Below, piece after piece: positions 50,145-60,093 of a DNA stretch of 64,000 bases. The notes under the pieces are model-generated. The model had not been told where the DNA came from, did not search any database, and saw nothing but the letters and a program-made list of their open reading frames with translations. The DNA comes from Anaerolineales bacterium. Its GTDB lineage: Bacteria > Chloroflexota > Anaerolineae > Anaerolineales > RBG-16-64-43. The stretch lies in assembly GCA_035288225.1 (NCBI GenBank), contig DATEAT010000036.1:10612-74611 (forward strand). The letters run 5' to 3'. Positions within the stretch are counted from its first letter, which is position 1, and each line of letters starts with the position of its first letter. Both the position numbers and the translations under genes were made by a program.

Positions 50145-51171
50145 GGCAGACCCTCACCAGAACGCGACCCGCCCCTACGCAGCCGCAAACCACGGGCATG
50201 TGCCTGTCCTGTACAGTGAAATCCTGACCTGTCTCGAACCGCGGCCGGGCGGGCGCTATCTGGATGGAACGCTTGGGGCGGGCGGCCACGCACAGGGCTT
50301 GCTGGAAGCTTCCTCGCCCGATGGGCTGCTGCTCGCTCTAGATAGGGATGGTGAGGCCGTTCACCGTGCAGGGCAGCGCCTGGCGTCATTCGGCGCGCGC
50401 GCCGTGTTGCGGCAGGCCTCCTTTCGGGCCGTGAACGAAATCCTCGCCGCGCTCGGGTGGCAGGGCGTTGACGGGGCAGTGCTCGACTTGGGTCTCTCGT
50501 CGCCGCAGTTGGCGGAGGCGGAGCGCGGCTTCTCCTTCGTGGCGGATGGGGCGCTCGACATGCGCTTTGACCGAGCGGGGCAGGCGGAGACAGCCGAGGA
50601 CTTGGTCAATCACCTGGTGGAGCACGAGCTGGTGCAGCTCTTGTGGGAGTTCGGTGAGGAGCGCAACAGCCGGAGCATCGCACGCGCCATCGTTCGCGCG
50701 CGGCCGATCCGGTCCACGCGCGAGCTGGCCGAAATCGTGGCGGCTGCATCGCGGCGCACTCCGGCCGCCGGCCATTCACGCATCCATCCCGCGACGCGCA
50801 CCTTCCAAGCGTTGCGCATTGCCGTGAACGACGAGCTGGGTGAACTCAAGGCAGGGTTACCGGAAGTTGTACGCGCGCTCAACGTGGGTGGCCGGGTGGC
50901 GGTGATCTCTTTCCATTCGCTGGAAGATCGCATTGTCAAGCAGACGCTGCGCGGGCTTGCGGGCCGCGCGGTGAGCACGACAGTCCCTTGGCCTGCGCAG
51001 GTTCCGGCACCGGCCGTGTTGCGCGATCTGACTCCGAAGCCGATCCGCCCATCGCGGGGTGAGGCCGCGGCCAACCCGCGCGCACGCAGCGCCAGGCTGC
51101 GGGTCGCCGAACGCGTGTCCGTCGCGGGCGAAGGCGTAAGCCCAATCCGTGGCGCGAGGACAGGCGCATGA
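50137..51171 (+). CDS. rsmH: 16S rRNA m4C1402 methyltransferase
   Basis: HVPVL, DGTLGAGGH, DLGLSSPQ, FHSLEDR, NPRARSA. Confidence 0.96.
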   Translation: MSEADPHQNATRPYAAANHGHVPVLYSEILTCLEPRPGGRYLDGTLGAGGHAQGLLEASSPDGLLLALDRDGEAVHRAGQRLASFGARAVLRQASFRAVNEILAALGWQGVDGAVLDLGLSSPQLAEAERGFSFVADGALDMRFDRAGQAETAEDLVNHLVEHELVQLLWEFGEERNSRSIARAIVRARPIRSTRELAEIVAAASRRTPAAGHSRIHPATRTFQALRIAVNDELGELKAGLPEVVRALNVGGRVAVISFHSLEDRIVKQTLRGLAGRAVSTTVPWPAQVPAPAVLRDLTPKPIRPSRGEAAANPRARSARLRVAERVSVAGEGVSPIRGARTGA

Positions 51172-51647
51172 ACCCAGCCCGCGCCCCACGGCCCGGTCCG
51201 CCACGGGTGCGAGCGTATCGCGAGGCGCCCTGGCGCATGCAGACGCGCGCCTTGGCAATCGGCCTGGCGGCGGTGCTGGGAATCGCAGCCGCCCTTAGCC
51301 TGTTCATTTTTACGGGCGCCCAGGCGGCTGAGGCCGGGCTGCAAGTACAGCGGCTCATCGGCGAGCGCGACACGCTGATGCGCCGGATTGAGGCCCAGCA
51401 AGTGAACCTGGCCCAGCTTAACGGCGTGACCTGGTACTTCGATAGGGCGCACGAGCTTGGCTTCGAACCCGTCGATCCGCGGGAGATGACTTTCATCCAG
51501 GTGCCGGCCTCGATCGAAGCCACTCCTTCGTACCTCGGACCGTCGCGCATTCTCTATGTCGACGAGGGCATTTCGCTCGCGCCGGCCTACCGAGAGACCC
51601 TGCTCGAGTGGGTGGTGCGCGCGCTGCGCGGCGGAGGGCAGCCGTGA
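51168..51647 (+). CDS. FtsL-position bitopic protein
   Basis: Basic N-terminus, one TM helix, coiled segment, RAHELGF; between rsmH and ftsI. Confidence 0.6.
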   Translation: MNPARAPRPGPPRVRAYREAPWRMQTRALAIGLAAVLGIAAALSLFIFTGAQAAEAGLQVQRLIGERDTLMRRIEAQQVNLAQLNGVTWYFDRAHELGFEPVDPREMTFIQVPASIEATPSYLGPSRILYVDEGISLAPAYRETLLEWVVRALRGGGQP

Positions 51648-53605
51648 CCACTGCGCTGGGCACGCGGGTGAAGATCGCGGGGGCTGTGCTGCTGGTGCCT
51701 CTGGCCGCCAGCGTTCTTCAACTCGCGCGCTTCCAGATCTGGCCCAGCCAGGCGCGTGAGGCGTTGTACACATCACCCTACCCGATCACGCGCCACATCG
51801 AGACACCCCGAGGCCGGATCTTCGACCGCAACGGCGGCCTGCTGGCAGGAAACCTCAGCCACTTCCGCGTCTATCTTGACAATTGCCAGACCTATTTGTG
51901 GGCGGAGGAAACGCCGGCGGCGGGGAACGAGGGGCAGCCGCCCGTGACCCTGGCGCGGGTCCTTGCCGAGTTCATGCAGACGACGGGTGTGACGGTCAAT
52001 ATCCCCGGCGTCACGCAATCGCTGCAGCAATTGGATCAAACGTTGCGCGAACAAACTCAGGGACGCCTGCGCCTACGAACGTGCACGCTGGCGGTGGATG
52101 CGGTGGAGGTTGCGGGCCAGGTGCAGGCGATCCCGCTTTGGCTGGAGGAGGCCCAGGAAACGCGCCTGCTCATCGCCCAGGGCGAGTTGCCGGATGCCAA
52201 CGGCGCCTACCACTACAACCCGATACTCGGTGATTTGCGGACCGAGGCGTGGTTCGCGCGCGACTTTCCGCAGGCTTCGCTGGCATCGGAGGTCGTGGGG
52301 TACAGCCGGCAGTCCGGCGACCGGGCGGGCGATCGCGGCGAGAACGGGGTGGTGCGCTTCTACCTTGAAACCGGCGATTGGGGCGTGGAGAGTTACTACA
52401 ACGACATACTCCAGGGAGCGCGCGAGGATATTTTGTGGACGGTCGTGCCGGTCGAGATCACCCGCAACATGGATCGCGCGCAGCCTCCGGCCGACCTGCT
52501 GCTGACGATCGATCGCGAGATCCAGGCCGAAGCCGAGGCCATTCTGCGCGAGGGGATTGAGGCGGGCGAGGCGTCGCGCGGCTCGATTCTGGTCATCGCC
52601 CCTCACACGGGCGAAATCCTGGCGATGGCGGACTATCCTGCGGCGGACCTCACTCGCCCGGAGGGATTCGAGGAAGCCTTCCACACGAAGGGGCGGTTGC
52701 CAAACGACCCGCAGGGCCAGGTCACCTCGCTCAACGTTGGAGCGCCGTATGAGCCAGGCTCCATCTTCAAAGTACTCACCATGGCCGCCGCCCTGGATTC
52801 CGCGACGGTTGCACCGGACACCATCTTCGTCGACGAGGGTTACTTCGAGTATGGCGGCGTGGTCGTTCACAACTGGCGGTCGCGGCCTTTTGGCGTTCAA
52901 GACATGACCGGCTGCATGCAGAACTCGATCAACACCTGCCTGGCGTGGGTCGCCTCCCGCCTCGGCCCCCAGCTCTACTACGACTATATGGACCGCTTCT
53001 GGATCGGGCGTGCCTCCGGCGTCGACTTACCCGAACGAAGCGGCGACCTGCGCCGGCCCGGCGACCTGGATTGGACCGACTCGACTCTGGCCACCAATGC
53101 CTTCGGTCAGGGTGTATCGGTCACCCCGTTGCAGATTGCGGTGGCGATCTCGGCCGTGGCCAACGATGGTGTCATGATGGCGCCACACGTCGTACGCAGC
53201 GTTGTCCGCCCCAACGGTGTGGTGCAACCGGTGCGTCCGGTGGCACTCAGCCAACCGATCTCCGCTCGCACCGCGAGCATACTCAACGAAATGTTGGCCC
53301 GTTCGCTCGAAGTCGAACAATCCGCCGCATTGGTCCCCGGTTACCGCGTGGCCGGCAAGACCGGTACGGCCGATATCCCGCCCTACATCAACACCAAGAC
53401 CGTAGCCTCTTTCGTGGGCTGGGGGCCGGTCGACGATCCGCAGATTCTGATTCTGATTCGCATCGATGAGCCAACCTCGGAGGGGGACCGCCAGTTCGGG
53501 TCGGTGACGGCGGCGCCCCTCTTTGCCAAGCTGGCACCGCGGGTCTTTGCCATTCTGGGCATCCCGCCGGACCAGGTTCGGCAGCAGTTGGCGGCCACGC
53601 CCTAG
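51644..53605 (+). CDS. ftsI: Class B penicillin-binding protein (FtsI-like)
   Basis: RGRIFDRNG, YEPGSIFK, SIN, GKTGTA. Confidence 0.88.
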   Translation: MTTALGTRVKIAGAVLLVPLAASVLQLARFQIWPSQAREALYTSPYPITRHIETPRGRIFDRNGGLLAGNLSHFRVYLDNCQTYLWAEETPAAGNEGQPPVTLARVLAEFMQTTGVTVNIPGVTQSLQQLDQTLREQTQGRLRLRTCTLAVDAVEVAGQVQAIPLWLEEAQETRLLIAQGELPDANGAYHYNPILGDLRTEAWFARDFPQASLASEVVGYSRQSGDRAGDRGENGVVRFYLETGDWGVESYYNDILQGAREDILWTVVPVEITRNMDRAQPPADLLLTIDREIQAEAEAILREGIEAGEASRGSILVIAPHTGEILAMADYPAADLTRPEGFEEAFHTKGRLPNDPQGQVTSLNVGAPYEPGSIFKVLTMAAALDSATVAPDTIFVDEGYFEYGGVVVHNWRSRPFGVQDMTGCMQNSINTCLAWVASRLGPQLYYDYMDRFWIGRASGVDLPERSGDLRRPGDLDWTDSTLATNAFGQGVSVTPLQIAVAISAVANDGVMMAPHVVRSVVRPNGVVQPVRPVALSQPISARTASILNEMLARSLEVEQSAALVPGYRVAGKTGTADIPPYINTKTVASFVGWGPVDDPQILILIRIDEPTSEGDRQFGSVTAAPLFAKLAPRVFAILGIPPDQVRQQLAATP

Positions 53606-53626
53606 GGCGATGGTCAAGGGCAGACG

Positions 53627-55075
53627 ATGCTGACGCTTGGGATTCTGATCGAGGCGCTCACGGGACAGGCGGCCACCGCCTACACTCACAGCGCCCTCAC
53701 TCGCCAGGTGCTGACGGACGCGGTCGTCGATTCGCGGCTGGCGATCCCAGGCTGCCTGTTCGTGGCGTTGCGCGGCGAACGCACGGACGGCCACGAATTC
53801 GTGGCCGATGCCTTCGAGCGCGGCGCGGCAGTGGCGTTGGTCGAGCGCGAGATCCCGGGCTTCGCCACCCTGGACCTACGCCCAGGCGCCGGTTTGCCCG
53901 CAACGCAGCCGGTGGGCGGAGGGCGCGCCGCGCTGCACCTGTGCGTCTGCGTCGAGGACGTGCTCAAAGCGTTGCAGGCGGCCGCCCGGCATTGGCGTCG
54001 CCAGCTGGAGGGGCTGAGGGTCATCGGCATCACGGGCAGCGTGGGCAAGTCCACCACCAAGGAACTCGTGGCGAGTGTCTTGGCCTCGCACGCGCCCACC
54101 CTTTCAAGCGAGAGTAGTTTCAACAACGAGATCGGCTTGCCGCTCACCCTGCTCAAGGCGACTCGCGCCCACCGATATGCCGTGCTGGAAATGGGCTTCT
54201 ACGTCCCGGGCGACGTGGCGTTGTTGTGCGATATTGCCGCACCGCAGGTGGGCGTGGTGACGATGATCGGACCGGTGCATCTGGAGCGGGCGGGGAGCCT
54301 GGAGGCAATCGCGCAGGGCAAGGCGGAACTCGTCGAGGCGCTGCCGGAGGACGGCGTGGCTGTGCTCAACGCCGATGACGAACGGGTGATGGCAATGCGC
54401 GGCCTGACCCGCGCCCGCGTGTTCACTTTCGGACTGGAGCCGCAGGCCGACCTTTGGGCGAGCGATGTCAAGAGCCTGGGCCTGGAGGGGATGCACTTCC
54501 AGGTTCACACGCGGCGTGAGACGCTCCACCTGCGGGTTCCGCTTCTCGGTCAGCACTCGGTGCATACGGCGCTGCGGGCGGCTGCGGTCGGGCTGGTGGA
54601 AGGGCTGACGTGGCAGGAAATCCTGGATGGGCTGCAGGCACCCTCCACCCAATTGCGGCTGATGACGGTGACCGGCCCCAACAACTCGCTCATCATCGAC
54701 GACACCTACAATGCCTCGCCCGATTCAATGATCGCTGCGCTCAACCTGTTGGTGGAAATCGAAGGCCGGCACATTGCGGTATTGGGCGACATGCTTGAAC
54801 TCGGCGAGTTTGAGGAGCGCGGACACCGTATGGTCGGGGCTCGTGCGGCGCAAGCAGCCGATATTCTGGTGACGGTGGGCACGCGGGCGCGCTGGATCGC
54901 CGAGGAGGCGCAGCTGCAAGGCCTCTCCTCCGTCCGCATCGCGACCGTTGCCTCAGCCGAGGAGGCCCAGGCCTTCCTGCAGCAACAGGTACGCGAAGGC
55001 GACGTGGTGCTGATCAAGGGCTCGCATGCATTGCGCCTCGACTCTCTGGTTGCGGCTTTGGAGATGGACGCGTGA
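53627..55075 (+). CDS. murF: UDP-MurNAc-tripeptide--D-Ala-D-Ala ligase
   Basis: DSR, GITGSVGKSTTKE, NNEIGLP, DDTYNASP, GDMLELG. Confidence 0.96.
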   Translation: MLTLGILIEALTGQAATAYTHSALTRQVLTDAVVDSRLAIPGCLFVALRGERTDGHEFVADAFERGAAVALVEREIPGFATLDLRPGAGLPATQPVGGGRAALHLCVCVEDVLKALQAAARHWRRQLEGLRVIGITGSVGKSTTKELVASVLASHAPTLSSESSFNNEIGLPLTLLKATRAHRYAVLEMGFYVPGDVALLCDIAAPQVGVVTMIGPVHLERAGSLEAIAQGKAELVEALPEDGVAVLNADDERVMAMRGLTRARVFTFGLEPQADLWASDVKSLGLEGMHFQVHTRRETLHLRVPLLGQHSVHTALRAAAVGLVEGLTWQEILDGLQAPSTQLRLMTVTGPNNSLIIDDTYNASPDSMIAALNLLVEIEGRHIAVLGDMLELGEFEERGHRMVGARAAQAADILVTVGTRARWIAEEAQLQGLSSVRIATVASAEEAQAFLQQQVREGDVVLIKGSHALRLDSLVAALEMDA

Positions 55076-56055
55076 CTCACGGCATGTCGATGGCGCTCAG
55101 CTTAGGCGGGATCACATTCGCCCTGACCGTGATCTGGGGCGGCCCACTGCTGCGCATCCTGCGCTACTGGCGGGTGGGCAAGCAGATCCGGCTCGACGGG
55201 CCGCGCAGCCACCAGACCAAGCTGGGTACGCCGACCATGGGCGGGCTGATGATCGTCATCCCGGTGGTGGTGATCACGCTACTTCTCAACACCGTGCCCA
55301 TTCTCGGGCGGTCGCTCATCGGGCGCTCGATCCTTTTGCCGCTGGGTGTGATGGTGGCCTTTGCTCTCTTGGGGGCGGTGGACGACTGGCTCGGCCTGCA
55401 CAACCGGCCGCTCCGCGCACGAGAGAAATTCCTGGCTCAGTCGGTAGTGGCCCTGATTGCCGCCGCAGGGCTGAAGTACGTACTGCAAGTCCCGGGTGTG
55501 TTCCTGCCCGGCGTGCCCGGCTACTTCGACCTGGGCCTATGGTATCTGCCAGTGGCGGCCTTCGTTATCGTGGCCTCCTCGAATGCGGTCAACATCAGCG
55601 ACGGGTTGGATGGGCTGGCCGGGCTGACGGCGGCGACCGCCTTCGTGGCGTTCGCCATCATCGCCGCATTGCAGGGGCAAGTCTTCTTAGTGCGGTTCTG
55701 CTTCACCGTGGTCGGGGCGCTGTTCGCCTTCCTTTGGTACAACGCACACCCCGCCGAATTGTTCATGGGCGATACCGGTTCCCTGGCGGTGGGCGCGCTC
55801 CTGGGCGTGGTGGCGCTCATGACCGCCCAGTGGCCCATCTTGCCGCTCATTGCGATCGTTCCGGTCAGCGAGACGATGAGCGACATCCTGCAGGTGGCCT
55901 ACTTCCGCTGGTCAAAGGGCAAGCGCTTGTTCAAAATGGCTCCGCTGCATCATCACTTCGAGCTCTTGGGTTGGAGCGAGACCCAGGTGGTGCAGCGCTT
56001 CTGGTTGATTGGACTGCTGGCGGCCATGGTGGGTGTGGCTCTCGCGGTTGCCTAA
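55072..56055 (+). CDS. mraY: Phospho-MurNAc-pentapeptide transferase
   Basis: KLGTPTMGG, NAVNISDGLDG, FMGDTGS, APLHHHFE. Confidence 0.97.
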   Translation: MTHGMSMALSLGGITFALTVIWGGPLLRILRYWRVGKQIRLDGPRSHQTKLGTPTMGGLMIVIPVVVITLLLNTVPILGRSLIGRSILLPLGVMVAFALLGAVDDWLGLHNRPLRAREKFLAQSVVALIAAAGLKYVLQVPGVFLPGVPGYFDLGLWYLPVAAFVIVASSNAVNISDGLDGLAGLTAATAFVAFAIIAALQGQVFLVRFCFTVVGALFAFLWYNAHPAELFMGDTGSLAVGALLGVVALMTAQWPILPLIAIVPVSETMSDILQVAYFRWSKGKRLFKMAPLHHHFELLGWSETQVVQRFWLIGLLAAMVGVALAVA

Positions 56056-56098
56056 GTTGCAGGGATGAGGCTCCCTGCAGATTCGTAAGGAGGCTCCC

Positions 56099-56419
56099 AT
56101 GGAACTCGGAATGCTCTGGTTTGATGGTGAAGCGCAGCGGTCGTTGCAAGATCGGCTCGAGCGGGCAGCGCGCTACTACGCGCAGAAGTACGGCCGGCCA
56201 GCCAACACCTGTTACGTGCACCCCAGCACCATGGCCAACGGGGGACGGGCCGCCGAGGCCAAAGCTTCGAAGCGCGAGCAATGCGTCGCCGGATTGACGG
56301 TGCGCGCTTCGCGGACGGTGCTGCCGAATCACTTCTGGCTCGGAGTCGAAGAGCAGTTGCCGGTGATGCCCATCCCAGCGCCGCGCAGTGTGAAATCGAC
56401 CGTGCAGGTCGCGGGCTAA
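56099..56419 (+). CDS. Hypothetical protein inside the dcw cluster
   Basis: TAAGGAGG RBS; fills the mraY-murD gap; MELGMLWFD...YYAQKYG...CYVHP...LPNHFWLG. Confidence 0.8.
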   Translation: MELGMLWFDGEAQRSLQDRLERAARYYAQKYGRPANTCYVHPSTMANGGRAAEAKASKREQCVAGLTVRASRTVLPNHFWLGVEEQLPVMPIPAPRSVKSTVQVAG

Positions 56420-56439
56420 CCTGCGGAACTGGGCGAATC

Positions 56440-57855
56440 GTGAGCCGCGAGCGTGGACACTTGCCGCATGTGGTGGTTCTCGGGCTGGGCCGCCAGGGCG
56501 TGGCGACGGCGCGCTACTTTGCCGCGCAGGGTGTGCCGGTGGTCGTAAGCGACCGCCAGCCGGCGCACGCCCTCGAAAGGGAGCGCATGGCGCTGCATGG
56601 GCTTGATGTGCACTTCGAATTCGGCGGACACCCGCTTGAGATGCTGGAAGGCGCATCGCTCTTGCATCTTTCCGGCGGTATCCCGGGCGACCTGCCGATC
56701 GTCGAGGCCGCACGAAAGCGAGGCCTGCGCATCACCAACGATTCGCAGCTCTTCCTCGAGATCTCTCCCGCTCGAGTGGTGGGCATTACCGGGTCGGCCG
56801 GCAAGACCACCACGACTTCCCTCGTCGGTGAGATGGCGCGCGCCGCTGCCGCCCGAGGCGAAATCCACGCGGCGTGGGTCGGGGGCAATATCGGCAACCC
56901 GCTGCTGAATGAGGCAGCCGAAATGCAGTCGGGCGACGTGGCGGTGATGGAGCTTTCCAGCTTCCAATTGGAGGTCATGACCCACAGCCCGCAAGTGGCG
57001 GCCGTGCTCAACCTCTCGCCCAACCATCTCGACCGGCACGGGACGATGGATGCGTACCGCAATGCGAAGTCCCGCATCCTCGAATTCCAGCACGCGCAAG
57101 ACGCGGCGGTCCTGGGCTGGGACAGCCCGGAAACACGGGCACTTGCGGGCCGCGTGCGCGGGGGGCTGACTTACTTCTCGATCGAACGCAGTCTGCAGCC
57201 CGAATGGGGCGCCGCCGCGTTTCTGGAAGGGGAATGGATTTGCCTTTCTTTGCGCGGGGAGACCACGCGAGTCCTCCCCGCAGCCAGTGTTCAACTTCGC
57301 GGGCGCCACAATCTGGCCAACGCGGTGGCCGCCTGCGCCATCGCCCTGGCCGCGGGCTTCTCCCCACAATCGATGGCCCAAGCCATTCCCGGGTTTCGCG
57401 GGGTGCCGCACCGCCTGGAGCATGTGGCCTCCATCGAGGGCGTGGACTGGTACAACGACTCGATCGCAACAGCGCCCGAGCGGGCTATTGCCGCCATGCG
57501 CTCCTTCGACCAGCCGATCGTCTTGTTGGCCGGCGGGCGCGATAAACAACTGCCGTGGGAGGAGTGGGCTCAGGTGGTGCGATCCCAGGTGGAGCACCTG
57601 GTGCTCTTTGGCGAGGCTGCGCCGCTCATCCGCCGGGCACTGGGGGAGATTGCGCCCGACGCACGGCCGCGCACTGTTTCCGCCTTCGCAGAATTAGGGC
57701 AGGCGGTGGGCTACGCCGCGCGGGTGGCCAAGCCCGGAGAGGTGGTGCTTCTCGCCCCGGGCGGCACGAGCTTCGACCAGTATCGCGATTTCGAAGAGCG
57801 GGGCGAGCATTACCGGTTGCTGGTGCGCGGGCTGCAAGGAAAGGGGAAGCGATGA
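56440..57855 (+). CDS. murD: UDP-MurNAc-L-Ala--D-Glu ligase
   Basis: GITGSAGKTTT, GGNIG, ELSSFQL, HRLE, YNDS, SFDQY. Confidence 0.96.
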   Translation: MSRERGHLPHVVVLGLGRQGVATARYFAAQGVPVVVSDRQPAHALERERMALHGLDVHFEFGGHPLEMLEGASLLHLSGGIPGDLPIVEAARKRGLRITNDSQLFLEISPARVVGITGSAGKTTTTSLVGEMARAAAARGEIHAAWVGGNIGNPLLNEAAEMQSGDVAVMELSSFQLEVMTHSPQVAAVLNLSPNHLDRHGTMDAYRNAKSRILEFQHAQDAAVLGWDSPETRALAGRVRGGLTYFSIERSLQPEWGAAAFLEGEWICLSLRGETTRVLPAASVQLRGRHNLANAVAACAIALAAGFSPQSMAQAIPGFRGVPHRLEHVASIEGVDWYNDSIATAPERAIAAMRSFDQPIVLLAGGRDKQLPWEEWAQVVRSQVEHLVLFGEAAPLIRRALGEIAPDARPRTVSAFAELGQAVGYAARVAKPGEVVLLAPGGTSFDQYRDFEERGEHYRLLVRGLQGKGKR

Positions 57856-59060
57856 ACAAGCTCTTCCGCGAGCGCATGCGCGGCGCGGACCTGGGGTTTG
57901 ACCACATCATGCTCCTGCTGGTGCTGGCGCTGATCATCCTGGGCTTGATGACGGTTGCCTCCAGCAGCTGGGGAGCCTCGTACAGCCTCTCGCCCACGCA
58001 TTCGGTGTGGTACCTGTTCTCTCGCCAGTTGGTGTGGGGGCTGATCGGTCTGGTGATGATGGCGATCACCTTCCGCATCGACTACCACCGTTGGCAGCGC
58101 TGGGCACTGCCGGTCGGGATGCTGACCGTGGTCATGTTGATTGCCGTGGTCGTGGTCAACTGGGATTCGCCTGTCCGACGTGGCCTGTTCAACGACTCGG
58201 TGCAGGCCTCCGAAGTGGCCAAATTCGCTACCGTGATCTACCTGGGCGTGTGGCTGGTCTCCAAGTCGCAAGTGCTCGACAACCTTTCGTTGGGGATCGT
58301 GCCCTACGCGGTACTGATCGGCGCGTTTGCCGGCCTCATTCTGATGGAACCCGATATCAGTGCAGCCGCGACCGTGGTCATCTTGGGCATGGCAATGTTT
58401 TTCCTGGGCGGAGGCGGCTATCGCAACGTGGCACTGGCCACGGTGGTCATGGCGGCGGGCGGCCTGGTGTTGGCGCTGGTCATCCGCCCTGCACGTATCG
58501 AGGAATACCTGGCCGGTTGGCGCGACATTCGCGAATCAAACCTGCATATCTTCGAAGCGCTCTCGGCCATCTCGAGCGGCGGCCTGATCGGCGTCGGAGC
58601 CGGGGCCAGCCGGTTCAAGTATTTTTCGTTGCCGGCCGCGCACACCGATAGCGTCTTTGCTGTTGTCGCCGAGGAGCTGGGTTTCGTGGGAGCCCTGGTG
58701 GTGCTGGTGCTCTTCGCTCTGCTCATCTGGCGGGGCTACCGCATTGCGGTCAAGGCTCCGGACTCGCTTGGGTTGATGTTCGCGGCCGGCATGACAACCT
58801 GGATCGCGGTGGAGGCCCTGGTCAACATCATGACCATCCTCGCCCTATTGCCCTTTGCCGGGAACGCGCTGCCCTTCTTCAGTTATGGCGGCTCGAACCT
58901 GGTGATGACCATGGCGGCGATGGGGCTCGTGCTCAACGTTTCGCGCGCCGATCACCATCGGCCGCAACCAGAGAAGGTCAATGCGTCTACTGATCAGCGC
59001 TGGGGGGACGGGCGGGGGCATCTACCCCGGTCTGGCCGTCGCCCAGGCCGTGCGTCGTAG
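57852..59060 (+). CDS. ftsW: SEDS peptidoglycan glycosyltransferase
   Basis: QASEVAK, EPD, LPAAHTD, EELG, LPFFSYGGS. Confidence 0.93.
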   Translation: MNKLFRERMRGADLGFDHIMLLLVLALIILGLMTVASSSWGASYSLSPTHSVWYLFSRQLVWGLIGLVMMAITFRIDYHRWQRWALPVGMLTVVMLIAVVVVNWDSPVRRGLFNDSVQASEVAKFATVIYLGVWLVSKSQVLDNLSLGIVPYAVLIGAFAGLILMEPDISAAATVVILGMAMFFLGGGGYRNVALATVVMAAGGLVLALVIRPARIEEYLAGWRDIRESNLHIFEALSAISSGGLIGVGAGASRFKYFSLPAAHTDSVFAVVAEELGFVGALVVLVLFALLIWRGYRIAVKAPDSLGLMFAAGMTTWIAVEALVNIMTILALLPFAGNALPFFSYGGSNLVMTMAAMGLVLNVSRADHHRPQPEKVNASTDQRWGDGRGHLPRSGRRPGRAS

Positions 59061-60093
59061 CCACCCGCAGGCCGAGGTGATCTGGGTGGGCGGACACGGC
59101 GGAATGGAGGAGGACTTGGTGCCGCGCAGCGGGTTGCGTCTGGAACTCATTCCAGCAGCCGGCCTTCATGGCGTGGGCTGGCGGCGTTTGCCGGGCAACG
59201 CCTGGCAAGCGCTGCGCGGTCTGGCGCAGGCAGCCGCGCTGGTGCGCAGGCTGCGTCCGGACGCATTGCTCGTCACCGGCGGCTACGTGGGCGTGCCCGT
59301 GGCCTTGGCTGCCCGCCTTCACCGGGTGCCGATTCTCGCGTTCATTCCAGATGTCGAGCCGGCGCTGGCCTTGCGGGTGATTGGACGTTTCGCGCAAAGG
59401 ATTGCGCTCGTGACGGACGACTCGCGGCGCTATTTGCCCTCTCGTGCAGCCAGCACGACCACCGGCTATCCGGTGCGCGAGGACCTCATGCATGCCGAGC
59501 GCCTAGCCGCGCGAGCGCAACAAGGTTGGCGAGACGATGATTTCGTGTTGCTCGTGCTCGGCGGGAGTCGTGGCGCACGCAGTATCAACCGTGCACTCTT
59601 GGCGTGCCTGCCCGATCTGTTGCGTGAGATGCACGTGGTCCACGTAAGCGGTGCCTTGGATTGGGCCGAAGTGGAGCAAGCGGCCATGTCCTTGCCGGCG
59701 AACGTCCGGTCCCGGTACCACCCGGCACCCTATGTCCACGAAGCAATGGGTTTAGCTCTCGCCGCGGCAGATCTTGTGGTCTCGCGAGCGGGCGCCTCGG
59801 TGCTCGGCGAATATCCGTTGTTTGGTCTGCCGGCCGTGCTCGTGCCGTATCCGCATGCCTGGCGCTACCAGAAGGTGAATGCGGACTACCTGGTGGGCCG
59901 CGGTGCCGCGCTGCTGCTGGAGGATGAGGCCCTCGAAACCGCGCTGCGCTCAACCGTGCTCGAGCTCAAAGCCAATCCCTCGCGCCTGAGTGCAATGCGC
60001 CGTTCGGCCACACGCTTGGCGCGCTCGGATGCGGCGGATCGCATCGCCCGAGAGTTCATTTCACTTGCGAAAACCGAGGGCGCCCGGGCATGA
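58981..60093 (+). CDS. murG: Lipid I GlcNAc transferase
   Basis: AGGTGGGIYP, GGYV, GYPVR, GGSRGA, SRAGAS, QKVNA. Confidence 0.95.
   Translation: MRLLISAGGTGGGIYPGLAVAQAVRRSHPQAEVIWVGGHGGMEEDLVPRSGLRLELIPAAGLHGVGWRRLPGNAWQALRGLAQAAALVRRLRPDALLVTGGYVGVPVALAARLHRVPILAFIPDVEPALALRVIGRFAQRIALVTDDSRRYLPSRAASTTTGYPVREDLMHAERLAARAQQGWRDDDFVLLVLGGSRGARSINRALLACLPDLLREMHVVHVSGALDWAEVEQAAMSLPANVRSRYHPAPYVHEAMGLALAAADLVVSRAGASVLGEYPLFGLPAVLVPYPHAWRYQKVNADYLVGRGAALLLEDEALETALRSTVLELKANPSRLSAMRRSATRLARSDAADRIAREFISLAKTEGARA

Noticed and set aside
58981..59060. 80-nt ftsW/murG overlap as a possible frameshift
   Set aside because: Both proteins are complete; the overlap only encodes a low-complexity FtsW tail.
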